From positions 992,001 through 1,056,000 of the forward strand of contig JBMNHS010000001.1 of the NCBI GenBank assembly GCA_050950505.1: a stretch of 64,000 nt of DNA, in the 5' to 3' direction. How positions within the stretch are numbered: position 1 is the stretch's first letter; each line of letters begins with the position of its first letter. This document shows positions 49,203 to 58,303 of the stretch, in pieces. Made by a program: the position numbers and the translations under genes. The stretch comes from Candidatus Methanomethylophilaceae archaeon (GTDB lineage Archaea; Thermoplasmatota; Thermoplasmata; Methanomassiliicoccales; Methanomethylophilaceae). The notes under the pieces were generated by a model. The model was not told the origin of the DNA and made no database searches. It saw nothing but the letters and a program-made list of their open reading frames with translations.

Positions 49203-50357
49203 TCAGCGCCCCAATGCCGAATGGGCGGAACCCAGATGACCCGCCGCCTGAGCGGCCAAAGTGGACAGTTCCCCCGCAAGGACGGTGGCTGCGACAATTT
49301 CCGCAAGCTTCTTCGCTTTTCCGGCCCCGTGGCAATCCAGCATTTTCAAGGCCTCTGCCTGACAAGGCAATGACGTGCCTCCGCCCACGGTTCCGATTTC
49401 CACGGCGGGCATTCTTACGGATATGTACAAATCGCCGTCAACATTTTCGCAGGAAACATATGTCATGCTGGCACCTACAACTTGGGCGGGATCCTGACCT
49501 GTTGCGATATAAAGCGCGGCGGCCATGTTTGCCGCATGCGCGTTTGCCCCCAAAGTTCCGGACAATGCGCTTCCCATGAGATTTTTGCGGTAATTGATTT
49601 CGATAACGGAATCAACCGTGGCATGAAGTCTTTTTTCAACGATTTCTTCGGGAATCAATGCTTCCGCGACAACGGTCTTACCTCTTCCTTTGATTACATT
49701 GATGGCCGCCGGTTTCTTGTCGCTGCACATGTTTCCTGAAACAGAGACCATCCGGGCGCCGGTATGCTTCTCAATCTCCTTGCATGCGGCTTCCGTGGCG
49801 ATGGTGGCCATGTTCATTCCCATGGCGTCACCGGTGGAAAACGCGAATCTCAGGTACAGATTCCTTCCGCTGGGATATGGTTCGATTTCCAGAAGTTTTC
49901 CGTGAGAAGTGGTTTCTCCAACTGCCTTTTCGAGTACATTCATATTGTTTCCGATCCACTCAATCACTTCCGCCGAATGGGCGATATCCCTTACTTTGAA
50001 AACGGGTGCCCTGGTCATGGCATCCCTGAAAACCCTGGCTCTTATCCCCCCTCCGGACTCGGCAACGGACATTCCCCTCGATATGGATGCAATCAATGCC
50101 CCCTCCGTTGTGGCCAACGGCACAAGGAATCTGCCTTTGGCATATTCTCCGTCTATGGTGACGGGACCGGCATACCCCAACGGAATCTGTGTCGCTCCGA
50201 TCATATTCTCAATATTTTTCGATACGGCTTCCGAATCAAAGCAAAATTTCGATACGGCTTCCAATGATGTGCCGGTAAACTCTTCCGCAGCCGTTCTGCG
50301 GGCGTCTACGTCACTGTGGGAATATCCTCTCAACTTCAGTCCTGAAGGGTCGGCCAT
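49203..50357 (-). CDS. hmgA: HMG-CoA reductase, class I
   Basis: ENMIG, PLATTEG, TGDAMGMN, DKK, GQD, GTVGGGT, C-terminal His. Confidence 0.95.
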   Translation of the reverse strand: MADPSGLKLRGYSHSDVDARRTAAEEFTGTSLEAVSKFCFDSEAVSKNIENMIGATQIPLGYAGPVTIDGEYAKGRFLVPLATTEGALIASISRGMSVAESGGGIRARVFRDAMTRAPVFKVRDIAHSAEVIEWIGNNMNVLEKAVGETTSHGKLLEIEPYPSGRNLYLRFAFSTGDAMGMNMATIATEAACKEIEKHTGARMVSVSGNMCSDKKPAAINVIKGRGKTVVAEALIPEEIVEKRLHATVDSVIEINYRKNLMGSALSGTLGANAHAANMAAALYIATGQDPAQVVGASMTYVSCENVDGDLYISVRMPAVEIGTVGGGTSLPCQAEALKMLDCHGAGKAKKLAEIVAATVLAGELSTLAAQAAGHLGSAHSALGR

Positions 50358-50431
50358 AATAATGTCTAGCTGTTACGGATAAATAAGGATATTTGCGTAA
50401 TTATTTGATACTGGTAGTGAATACAGGGTCA

Positions 50432-51559
50432 ATGAAGGGATCGGATCTGTCAAACAATGATGAAAATCGATACTACAGGAAGCTCGATCACTTCATAGTA
50501 AAATATTTTCCGTTGGTGATTCTGTTTTGTCTGATTCTTGTTGCAGGGTACATTGTAAGAAGCTCTGCCAGCGAGATTCATGAGTATGTCTACAACATCT
50601 GTCTGGGATTCGCTTCGGGATTCGTTCTTTTCGGAATCATATGTTTGTTGTTTATGGACAAACCCATCGTGAAATACCGTTATTTCGTGCCTCCGATGCT
50701 GGTGGTCCCGATTCTGCTCTCCGTGGCACTGTTTGAATTCGGCGGGTCCGAATTCACTCCGAACATATTCATCAGTCAGTTCTATCTGTTCATGTTCGGG
50801 GGGGACGTTACCCTGAAAACGGTAATAATGGGTTGTTATGTCATCGAATTGACGATACTGTCCGTGACCGCGGCGGTATCCACGGTGATTTCCGCATATT
50901 TCAGAAAATATTTTTCAAAGATACTGATCGGTCCGATCAAAAACAATCCCAACCCAACCGTCAATAAAGTTTCCCTCTGGCTGTTCAATATACCTGATGT
51001 TTTGGATATCCACGACGTTGTGCTGGAACCGGAACCCGACGACGGAAAATTCAACAGAAGGGTTTTTTGGGAAATCATGTCCCGTATAATGCTGTCCGGC
51101 ATCGTAATCTGTTCTTTCATATTCCTGAGCCCTTATTTTATCAGTGAAATGCCGATAGAAATCATGTTGATGACATCGGTGCTTCTTTCACTGTTCATTT
51201 CGGCACTGGTTGTGCCCTGGCATATTATCAGGTGCATCGGAGTGAAAGCAAAATCCGATGCACCCAGAGATGTTTATCTCTGGAAAGGGATGAGTAAAAG
51301 ACTTACCACCAGTGCGATGGTCGTAATGTTCTTTTTGTTGTTGTTCACGATGCTGGCATATCTTCAGATGGATCTGGCCAAAGTTTTCATCATATACGCA
51401 AGCTACGGAATCTTCATAACATTGATTTCGGCATTCTATTCTTTCTTCTATGTTAACAACTTTTACTACCGTTTCAAAAGCGGAATGGAAAAAAGTTTTG
51501 AATCCGAAAAAGAAAAGATGTACGAAACGATAAAAAAAAGGTCTGAACGACCTTTGTGA
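50432..51559 (+). CDS. Polytopic membrane protein of unknown function
   Basis: About 8 hydrophobic segments; no recognised motif. Confidence 0.65.
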   Translation: MKGSDLSNNDENRYYRKLDHFIVKYFPLVILFCLILVAGYIVRSSASEIHEYVYNICLGFASGFVLFGIICLLFMDKPIVKYRYFVPPMLVVPILLSVALFEFGGSEFTPNIFISQFYLFMFGGDVTLKTVIMGCYVIELTILSVTAAVSTVISAYFRKYFSKILIGPIKNNPNPTVNKVSLWLFNIPDVLDIHDVVLEPEPDDGKFNRRVFWEIMSRIMLSGIVICSFIFLSPYFISEMPIEIMLMTSVLLSLFISALVVPWHIIRCIGVKAKSDAPRDVYLWKGMSKRLTTSAMVVMFFLLLFTMLAYLQMDLAKVFIIYASYGIFITLISAFYSFFYVNNFYYRFKSGMEKSFESEKEKMYETIKKRSERPL

Positions 51560-51564
51560 AAATA

Positions 51565-51789
51565 TCAGATATACTCCTGAATCTTTCCGTCTTTTCCGTG
51601 AACGGAAATCTTGGCATCCGCGTTTTTGGATTTCAGTTCCTTCGCTTTCTTCAAAGCCTCCGCTTTTGTGTTGTAGTATCCTATCGCTCTCTCCGCACCG
51701 TCGGCTTTGATCCGCCACTTGTTGCGTTCTTTGTCGGGAGTCACTCTGTATATCTTGGTGTTTGATTTCTTATTGTCATCTTTGGACAT
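51565..51789 (-). CDS. DUF2188-like small protein
   Basis: W.IK..GA.RA...TKAEA...A, IxVHGKDGKIQ. Confidence 0.8.
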   Translation of the reverse strand: MSKDDNKKSNTKIYRVTPDKERNKWRIKADGAERAIGYYNTKAEALKKAKELKSKNADAKISVHGKDGKIQEYI

Positions 51790-51815
51790 GTCATTAAAAA
51801 CTGATTTCCAGATAT

Positions 51816-52259
51816 TTAATCCTTGGACAGTCCGAGGACATTTCTTATGGATTTGCCGAGATTTTCCGGGTTATCGAAAACCCTTCCCTTCAACGCTCCG
51901 GTAATCATGAAATTATCCCTGCCGTACTCTGAAGTGCGGACATCGGTTTTTATTCCGAAGCACTCAATTCCGGAGGCATAGGCGATTCCGAGTTCCACGC
52001 AGGCCCCCTCGTCCGGAACCCTTCCGTCCATTACCATGACCAGCACATCACAGGAAAGCAAGGCGACGAGATCCATGTTGAAAATTTCCCTGTATGCTTC
52101 GTCAGGTCGGGATTTTATAAGTTCCTCTATATCGGATTCCAAATCCTGAGGAAGAATGACGGTGAACCCTTCTTCTGTGAGTTTCTCTGCCAATTTTCTG
52201 TTGTAATCCAATTCGGCTTCGCAGAACAGCGGAGCCGCCAGGTAAATCTTCACGGACAT
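51816..52259 (-). CDS. Nucleoside 2-deoxyribosyltransferase family protein
   Basis: KIYLAAPLF, LPQ, IF..D, DGRVPDEGACVELGIA, DVR, NFM. Confidence 0.85.
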   Translation of the reverse strand: MSVKIYLAAPLFCEAELDYNRKLAEKLTEEGFTVILPQDLESDIEELIKSRPDEAYREIFNMDLVALLSCDVLVMVMDGRVPDEGACVELGIAYASGIECFGIKTDVRTSEYGRDNFMITGALKGRVFDNPENLGKSIRNVLGLSKD

Positions 52260-52326
52260 ATCCTCGAACTCCAGGTATGATACAACGTTCCTAAGGATTA
52301 TAACACAGTCGCACATATCCGGAATC

Positions 52327-52956
52327 ATGAGGAACTCCGCATTCGAAATCATGGAAAGAGCCAAACGTCAGAACAACAGCGGCAATTCCGAAGGCGCCGC
52401 CAAAACCTTGGAGGATTATCTTGCCACCGATCCGGGAAATCACAAGGCGCGAATCCTTCTTTCCAACATTTACATATACAATCTCGAAGAGTTCGAATTC
52501 GGTATTTTTCAGCTTGACGCAGTTTTGGAAAGGGACCCGGAAAACATCGAATGCATGAAAGCCAAAGCCACCGCCCTGAGCGCATACAAAAAATACAACA
52601 AGGAAACCGACGAGCTTTATCAACACATACTTCAAGCCGACCCCTCCGCCGAAGTCTACAACGCTTACGGAAAATTTCTGAGAATGCAATTGTTGGATTT
52701 CAGAAAATCCGCCGAACATTTCCTCAAAGCCATCGAACTCGAACCCAATGACGTGGATTACAGAATCAACTACGTTTCTGTTCTTCTGAACGATCTTAAG
52801 GAATATGCCAGGGCAAAAAAAGAACTGGAAATACTGCTGAAACTGGATCCTGAAAACTACACCGTCAGAAAGAATCTGACCCAGCTTATGAAACAACATT
52901 TCGACAAAGACGGAAATCTGAAAAAAGGATATTTCCACCGTCCCAAAAAGATTTGA
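52327..52956 (+). CDS. TPR protein
   Basis: Repeated TPR-like helix pairs, e.g. AEHFLKAIELEPNDVDY. Confidence 0.75.
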   Translation: MRNSAFEIMERAKRQNNSGNSEGAAKTLEDYLATDPGNHKARILLSNIYIYNLEEFEFGIFQLDAVLERDPENIECMKAKATALSAYKKYNKETDELYQHILQADPSAEVYNAYGKFLRMQLLDFRKSAEHFLKAIELEPNDVDYRINYVSVLLNDLKEYARAKKELEILLKLDPENYTVRKNLTQLMKQHFDKDGNLKKGYFHRPKKI

Positions 52957-53031
52957 TTCGGATTACCCTTAATATATTCGATTGGGAAAGTACATTATAT
53001 AAGATTACTTTTTAGCAGACCGGGTGAAAAC

Positions 53032-53571
53032 ATGGAACTTAAAGGATCCAAGACCGAAGCCAACCTCAATACCGCTTTTGCGGGAGAGAGCATGGCCAGA
53101 AACAAGTACTCCTATTATGCCTCTCAGGCAAACAAGGACGGATACGTGCAGATTTCGAACATATTCCTTGAAACCGCAGACAATGAAAAAGAGCATGCAA
53201 AACTCTGGTTCAAGGCACTCTGCGGAGGATCTATTCCCGATACCGTGACCAACCTTAAGGATGCGGCCGCCGGTGAGAAATACGAATACGACGAGATGTA
53301 CCCCGAGTTCGCCAGAGTCGCACGCGAAGAAGGTTTCGACGACATTGCGACCCTCTTTGAGAATGTGGGGGAAGTCGAGAAGCATCACGAAGCCAGATAC
53401 CTGGCTTTCCTCAAGAACCTCGAAGAGGGCGTCGTCTTCAAGAGAGGCGAAGCAGTCATGTGGAAGTGCAACAACTGCGGTCACATACACGTGGGCAAGG
53501 AAGCTCCCGAAGAGTGCCCCGCATGTCATCACGCACAGAAGTACTTCGAAATCAGAGCGACCAACTGGTAA
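53032..53571 (+). CDS. rbr: Rubrerythrin
   Basis: AFAGESMAR, two ExxH motifs, WKCNNCG...CPAC rubredoxin domain. Confidence 0.95.
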   Translation: MELKGSKTEANLNTAFAGESMARNKYSYYASQANKDGYVQISNIFLETADNEKEHAKLWFKALCGGSIPDTVTNLKDAAAGEKYEYDEMYPEFARVAREEGFDDIATLFENVGEVEKHHEARYLAFLKNLEEGVVFKRGEAVMWKCNNCGHIHVGKEAPEECPACHHAQKYFEIRATNW

Positions 53572-53596
53572 GTCCGATAACGATTCAAACCCTTTA

Positions 53597-53614
53597 CCCC
53601 TTCGGGGATTTTTT
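53597..53614 (+). terminator. UUCG hairpin plus T tract after rbr
   Basis: CCCC-TTC-GGGG then ATTTTTT. Confidence 0.55.
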
Positions 53615-53783
53615 CAGAACGCATAAACAATACATCAATCTCGGAAGGCATCGAATCCTTCGGCACCGCAATTGACAATAACCTGTTCCGGTCCTGCTAT
53701 GTTGCGTAAACAGCCGGAGCTGTTCGGTATAGTTTTCAGATATACGCATCCGGGAATAAAGTACGGAGGGCGGTTGTTTCCGC

Positions 53784-55688
53784 TTATCTCAACCTTATTG
53801 TTTCCAGATTCAGAGGCGCTTTGGTCTCAATGCCGTATTTTTTGTAAAGCGATGAAGCCAGATCCGAGCACTTGCGGTCTTCGCCGTGTCCGATGATGAT
53901 CCTGTCGGGACGGGGTTCCATGGTCGAGATGTATTTCATCATCTGTTTTCTGTCCGAGTGACCGGAGAAACCGTCCAGAGTTTCCCTCTGCATTCTGATT
54001 TTCAGGTTGATGGAGTTTCCGCGGTGGTTAAGGGTGATTTCGTTGCGTCCCCTCTGTATGGTTCTTCCGATGCTTCCCTCACTTTGATAGCCCACAAAGA
54101 GCAGCCAGTTCCTTTCGTCATCCGCCCACTCTCTGAAGTATTCCATGACCGGACCCCCGGACATCATACCGCTGGTGGCCAAAACGATACATGGATCGGG
54201 GGAGTGGCATATTTCCTCCCTCATGCTCTGGGTTTCCACCCTCTTGAATATGGGTGAAAGGAAAGGATTTTCGTCCTGCTGGAATATTTTGGTTCTGAGC
54301 TGGGTGTTGAGGAATTCGGGATATGCGGTATGAATCGCGGTGGCCTCCCATATCATTCCGTCCAGATACACGTCAAGTTTGGGAATCTTGCCGGTTCTCA
54401 TGAGTTCTTCGATGACCAACATCACTTCCTGGGATCTTCCGACGGCAAAAACAGGAATCAAAACCTTTCCGCCGCTCTCGGTTGCCTGTTTCAGCACTTT
54501 GCCCATTTCTTCGCTGGCATCGCTTCTGGAAGGCTGAACGTCGTTCCTCCCTCCGTATGTGGATTCTATCACCAGGGACTCGAGCCGGGGGAATTTGTTG
54601 TGGGCCGGGTTGAACAGCCAGGTCTTTTCAAATTTGGAGTCTCCGCTGAACGCAATGTTATGGAGACCGTCCCCGATGTGGAAATGGGCGATGGATGAAC
54701 CCAGAATATGTCCCGCATTGTACATCGTGAGACGTATGTCGGGGGAGATATCCGTGGTTTCGTTGTATCTCATGGTGATGGTGTGCATGATTTCCTTGCG
54801 GACGTCCTTGGCTTCATAGAGATTTTTCTTGCCTTCGCCGAAACCGAGTTTGATGTTGTCCAATTGGAGCAGAGCCATCAGATCTCTTGTGGGAGCGGTG
54901 CAGTAAACCGGTCCTTCGTAACCGTATTTGAACAAAGCCGGAAGAGTTCCGCTGTGGTCCAAGTGGGCGTGAGTGATGACGACCGCATCGATTTCACTGA
55001 GCGGCTGTATCTCGGGAATTGCGAAATAAGGCGTATCGTCGCTGCCGGGATCCAATCCGCAGTCGATCAAGATTTTGCTTTCTTTCGTCATAAGCAACGA
55101 AGCCGAACGGCCGACCTGCCTGAATCCTCCAAGCGCGGTCATTCTGACCCATTGTTCCCCGCCCAATGTGGGGCGGGCAAGTCTTTTGGCGACCCTCTGA
55201 AGCATAGACTGACGTTCAGATTTGTAATTTCTCAGGTATCCTCGGACATCCGCCACGGTTTTGGAAGGAATCGGAGGCGTCCGCATGACTTTGACGTTCC
55301 ATCCGGTTTCTTGCTTGAGATTGAGAATCAATGCACCCTCGCTGCCCTTCACGACATCGGGTTTTATGGCTTCAACAATAGCCTCTCCGGTATCGTCATT
55401 GAAAAATATATCGAAGATTCCGGCCTCTTCGGGGATAAGTTCCCTTAGTTTGGATTCGACAACATCGGGATCTCCCAGTGTGGACGGATCCGGCCTTATG
55501 TCGACTCTTTTGTGGAGTCCCTGGGCAAGATCTCTCGCGGTTTTGTTGTCTCCGGATACCTTATCGTATTCCTTTGTGTAAATAACAACCATCGGGCCTT
55601 CGAAGTCTATCGAAGATATCTCCAGCGTATCGGGAGCAAGTCTCTTCACCTCTTCCCTGAGGTTATCAAATAATCTGTCTGCGTTCAT
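53784..55688 (-). CDS. beta-CASP ribonuclease aCPSF1 / termination factor FttA
   Basis: N-terminal KH domains; THAHLDH, AGHILGS, ESTYG, FSGHSD, GHGE. Confidence 0.95.
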   Translation of the reverse strand: MNADRLFDNLREEVKRLAPDTLEISSIDFEGPMVVIYTKEYDKVSGDNKTARDLAQGLHKRVDIRPDPSTLGDPDVVESKLRELIPEEAGIFDIFFNDDTGEAIVEAIKPDVVKGSEGALILNLKQETGWNVKVMRTPPIPSKTVADVRGYLRNYKSERQSMLQRVAKRLARPTLGGEQWVRMTALGGFRQVGRSASLLMTKESKILIDCGLDPGSDDTPYFAIPEIQPLSEIDAVVITHAHLDHSGTLPALFKYGYEGPVYCTAPTRDLMALLQLDNIKLGFGEGKKNLYEAKDVRKEIMHTITMRYNETTDISPDIRLTMYNAGHILGSSIAHFHIGDGLHNIAFSGDSKFEKTWLFNPAHNKFPRLESLVIESTYGGRNDVQPSRSDASEEMGKVLKQATESGGKVLIPVFAVGRSQEVMLVIEELMRTGKIPKLDVYLDGMIWEATAIHTAYPEFLNTQLRTKIFQQDENPFLSPIFKRVETQSMREEICHSPDPCIVLATSGMMSGGPVMEYFREWADDERNWLLFVGYQSEGSIGRTIQRGRNEITLNHRGNSINLKIRMQRETLDGFSGHSDRKQMMKYISTMEPRPDRIIIGHGEDRKCSDLASSLYKKYGIETKAPLNLETIRLR

Positions 55689-55757
55689 TCGAATCCTACC
55701 AAGGCGACATTAGAAATTAAGTCGTCAAATGTTAAAAATAACGGTTTGAAAAAAGTT

Positions 55758-56393
55758 TCAGTTGGGATACAGAAATCCGAGTTTCTCGCAACGTTTCTTT
55801 ATTTCGTCCTGCGGAATCTCCTGATACCCGTCTTCCCCTATGAAAGCCATCATGAAGCCGTCACCGCTGTAAGCGTCTCTTCTCCTGGATGAGTTGAGTG
55901 CGGTGATCGCCACATCGATTCCCTCTTCTTTGGTCATGTCTTCTTTGAAATAGGATTCCAAAGATCCCAATGCGAAGACGGATCCCGAACCAACTGACAT
56001 ATAGTTGTCTTCAAGACATCCTCCGGCTCCGTCGATGGTGTAAACGTGTCCGCCGGTGGAGTCGTATCCGCCGACGATGAGGCCGAGGTAAAAGCCCTGT
56101 CTTATGGCGTTGGAAACCAGCGTTGCAGCGGCTTTGACGGTTATGGGCATACCCTTTTTCATTCTGTAAAGAGCTATTTCACCCGTCATGTATCTGACCA
56201 TCAACTGAGCATCGCCGACAACGCCTGCGATGGTCATTCCGATGCTGTCGGACAAGGGGTAGACCTTTCTCACGTCTTTGTTGGCAATCAAGTTGCCTGC
56301 GGTCGCTCTCTGATCAGTGGCCAGTATAACGCCTTCTTTCAATTTCAGACCGATTGTGGTGGTGCCGGTTTTAAGATGTTGTTCATCTGACAT
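55758..56393 (-). CDS. psmB: Proteasome beta subunit
   Basis: KTG-TTTIG propeptide cleavage site; GSGS; RDAYSG. Confidence 0.95.
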   Translation of the reverse strand: MSDEQHLKTGTTTIGLKLKEGVILATDQRATAGNLIANKDVRKVYPLSDSIGMTIAGVVGDAQLMVRYMTGEIALYRMKKGMPITVKAAATLVSNAIRQGFYLGLIVGGYDSTGGHVYTIDGAGGCLEDNYMSVGSGSVFALGSLESYFKEDMTKEEGIDVAITALNSSRRRDAYSGDGFMMAFIGEDGYQEIPQDEIKKRCEKLGFLYPN

Positions 56394-56667
56394 TTATTTA
56401 CCTCATATGTTGAACAATAAGAACAAGTCACGTTGGACTCAGCACTCCATCGACTCGACCGTTATATAATTATTGATTAAAAGCCGAGACCCGCGGAAGC
56501 TGTTTCCGGTTCTGTTACGGCATTGTGCTTAGGGGTATAAGTCTATATCGAAATCTTATTTTCGGTTCCGTTCAAGTTCTGCAAAAAATAAATTTAGTTC
56601 CGCGTCATCCCATGACCGTGCTTCGGCGAGGGACGCATCTTCCGAACCGAAGCGGAGCATCGCTGAA

Positions 56668-58211
56668 ATGAACGGAACCGAAAAAAGAAACGGAATTTCC
56701 GGAATCGACGTTTCCCGTTACGGGAAAGAGATTTCCGAATTTGAAAAAAAGATCATTGATTACGACAAAGGAAAACTTGAACTGAAAGAATACAAACCGA
56801 TATCGGGGAATTTCGGCGTCATTCCCCAACGGGACGGCAAACACGCCGTGAGATTGCGGATGGCCGGCGGAGCAGTGAATGCCGAAAAATTGAGATTCAT
56901 TCTGAACAAGGCGAAAGAACACAATGCGGGTTTCATTCACCTTACCACCTGCCAGACGGTACAGATGCACGGTCTGTCCGGCGAACAGGCCGTTGATGTG
57001 ATACGTTCGGCGACGGATGTCGGTATTTTCACAAAGGGCGGCGGCGGAAACAATCCCCGGAACGTTGCCGCATCCCCTCTTTCCGGGAAGGATCCCGCCG
57101 AAGTCTTCGATGTTCTGCCGTTCGCACAAGCCACGGAGAAATACATTCTCGGGACAATCGACGAATGGAATTTTCCGAGCAAGTTCAAGATATCGTTTTC
57201 CAACGGTGCGGATTATGAAGTCAACGCCGTCGCGAAGGACTTGGGTTTTGTCGCCGCCGGGGATTCATTTGACGTATACCTCGGAGGCGGCATGGGCAAC
57301 AAAGGTTCCAGAACCGGAGTCAGGGTCGTGGAAGGATTGGATCCGAACAAAACGCTGTATGCCGTGGAAGCCGCCTTTTTCCTGTTCACACGGCACGGTC
57401 CGGGGGAGAGCCGGGCCGAATCCAGATTCAGGTTCCTCAGAGACCGTTTGGGCGAGGAAAAATTCGTCTCGGAATTCATGGACGACTTCAGAATATCCGA
57501 AGAAAGAGGCGGTTTGGATCTCAACATCGGATTGTCATTCGGCAACGGCAAAATCAACGGATGCACCAAAAGCATGACGGTTCAGAAAAACGGGAAATAT
57601 TCCGTGAAAATCGTACCTCACGGAGGAGACCCCTCCCTCGAAGAATTGGAAGTTTTTCTCGGACTGTTGGAGAGCAATCCGGAATACGGAATGCGGTTGG
57701 GCTCCGACCAATCGATTTACCTCACGGATCTTGACGGAAACATCGCTGACGGAGATTGCTTCCGAGGTATCCCGTGAAATCGAAATTCGGCAGTTCTCTG
57801 GCCTGTGTCGGATATCCTCTGTGTCAGACAGGAAGACGGAACTCCCGGGGGGTTTTGAAAACTCTGACGGACATGGAAGAGTCCGCGGGACTTCCCGACG
57901 GCGCTTTGCCGAAAATCGCCATATCCGGATGCGGTTCATCCTGTACCTGCCATCAGTTGTTCCCGATAGGGCTGAGGGGTTCATCGATAAAAACCGAGGA
58001 CGGAACCGTTTCCGCATTTGAAGTGCATATCGGAGGGAGTTCGGTCGCCGGCGAAGAAAAGACGGGAAAGGTAATCGGAGACGTGCCCGAAGCGTCGTTG
58101 CCGGAACTTTTCAGGACAATCGGCAAGGAAGCCTCCAAAAAAGGATTCGATGAATGGATTCTGACGAACGGGGAACGTTTGGAAGAACTCGTAAAAGCTT
58201 TTTATGTATGA
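56668..58211 (+). pseudogene. Ferredoxin-type nitrite/sulfite reductase, frameshifted near 57750-57775 (pseudogene or sequence error)
   Basis: HLTTCQ..Q.H, GG.N.PRNV, PSKFKISFS, DLGF in the first ORF; siroheme/Fe-S Cys motifs CVGYPLC and ISGCGSSC in the second ORF. Confidence 0.75.
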
Positions 58212-58303
58212 TACGGATAGCGAAAGAGTTTGGAACGTAGATTGATTCTAATGCTAGAATTGATTACATAGGGTCCATTGTCAGAGAACACAGAAGGTGA
58301 ATC

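Noticed and set aside
53784-56393. psmB-aCPSF1 adjacency
   Set aside because: Well-known conserved archaeal gene pair.
57740-57790. Programmed ribosomal frameshift in the reductase
   Set aside because: No X-XXY-YYZ slippery heptamer at the junction; two short-run insertions explain it more simply.
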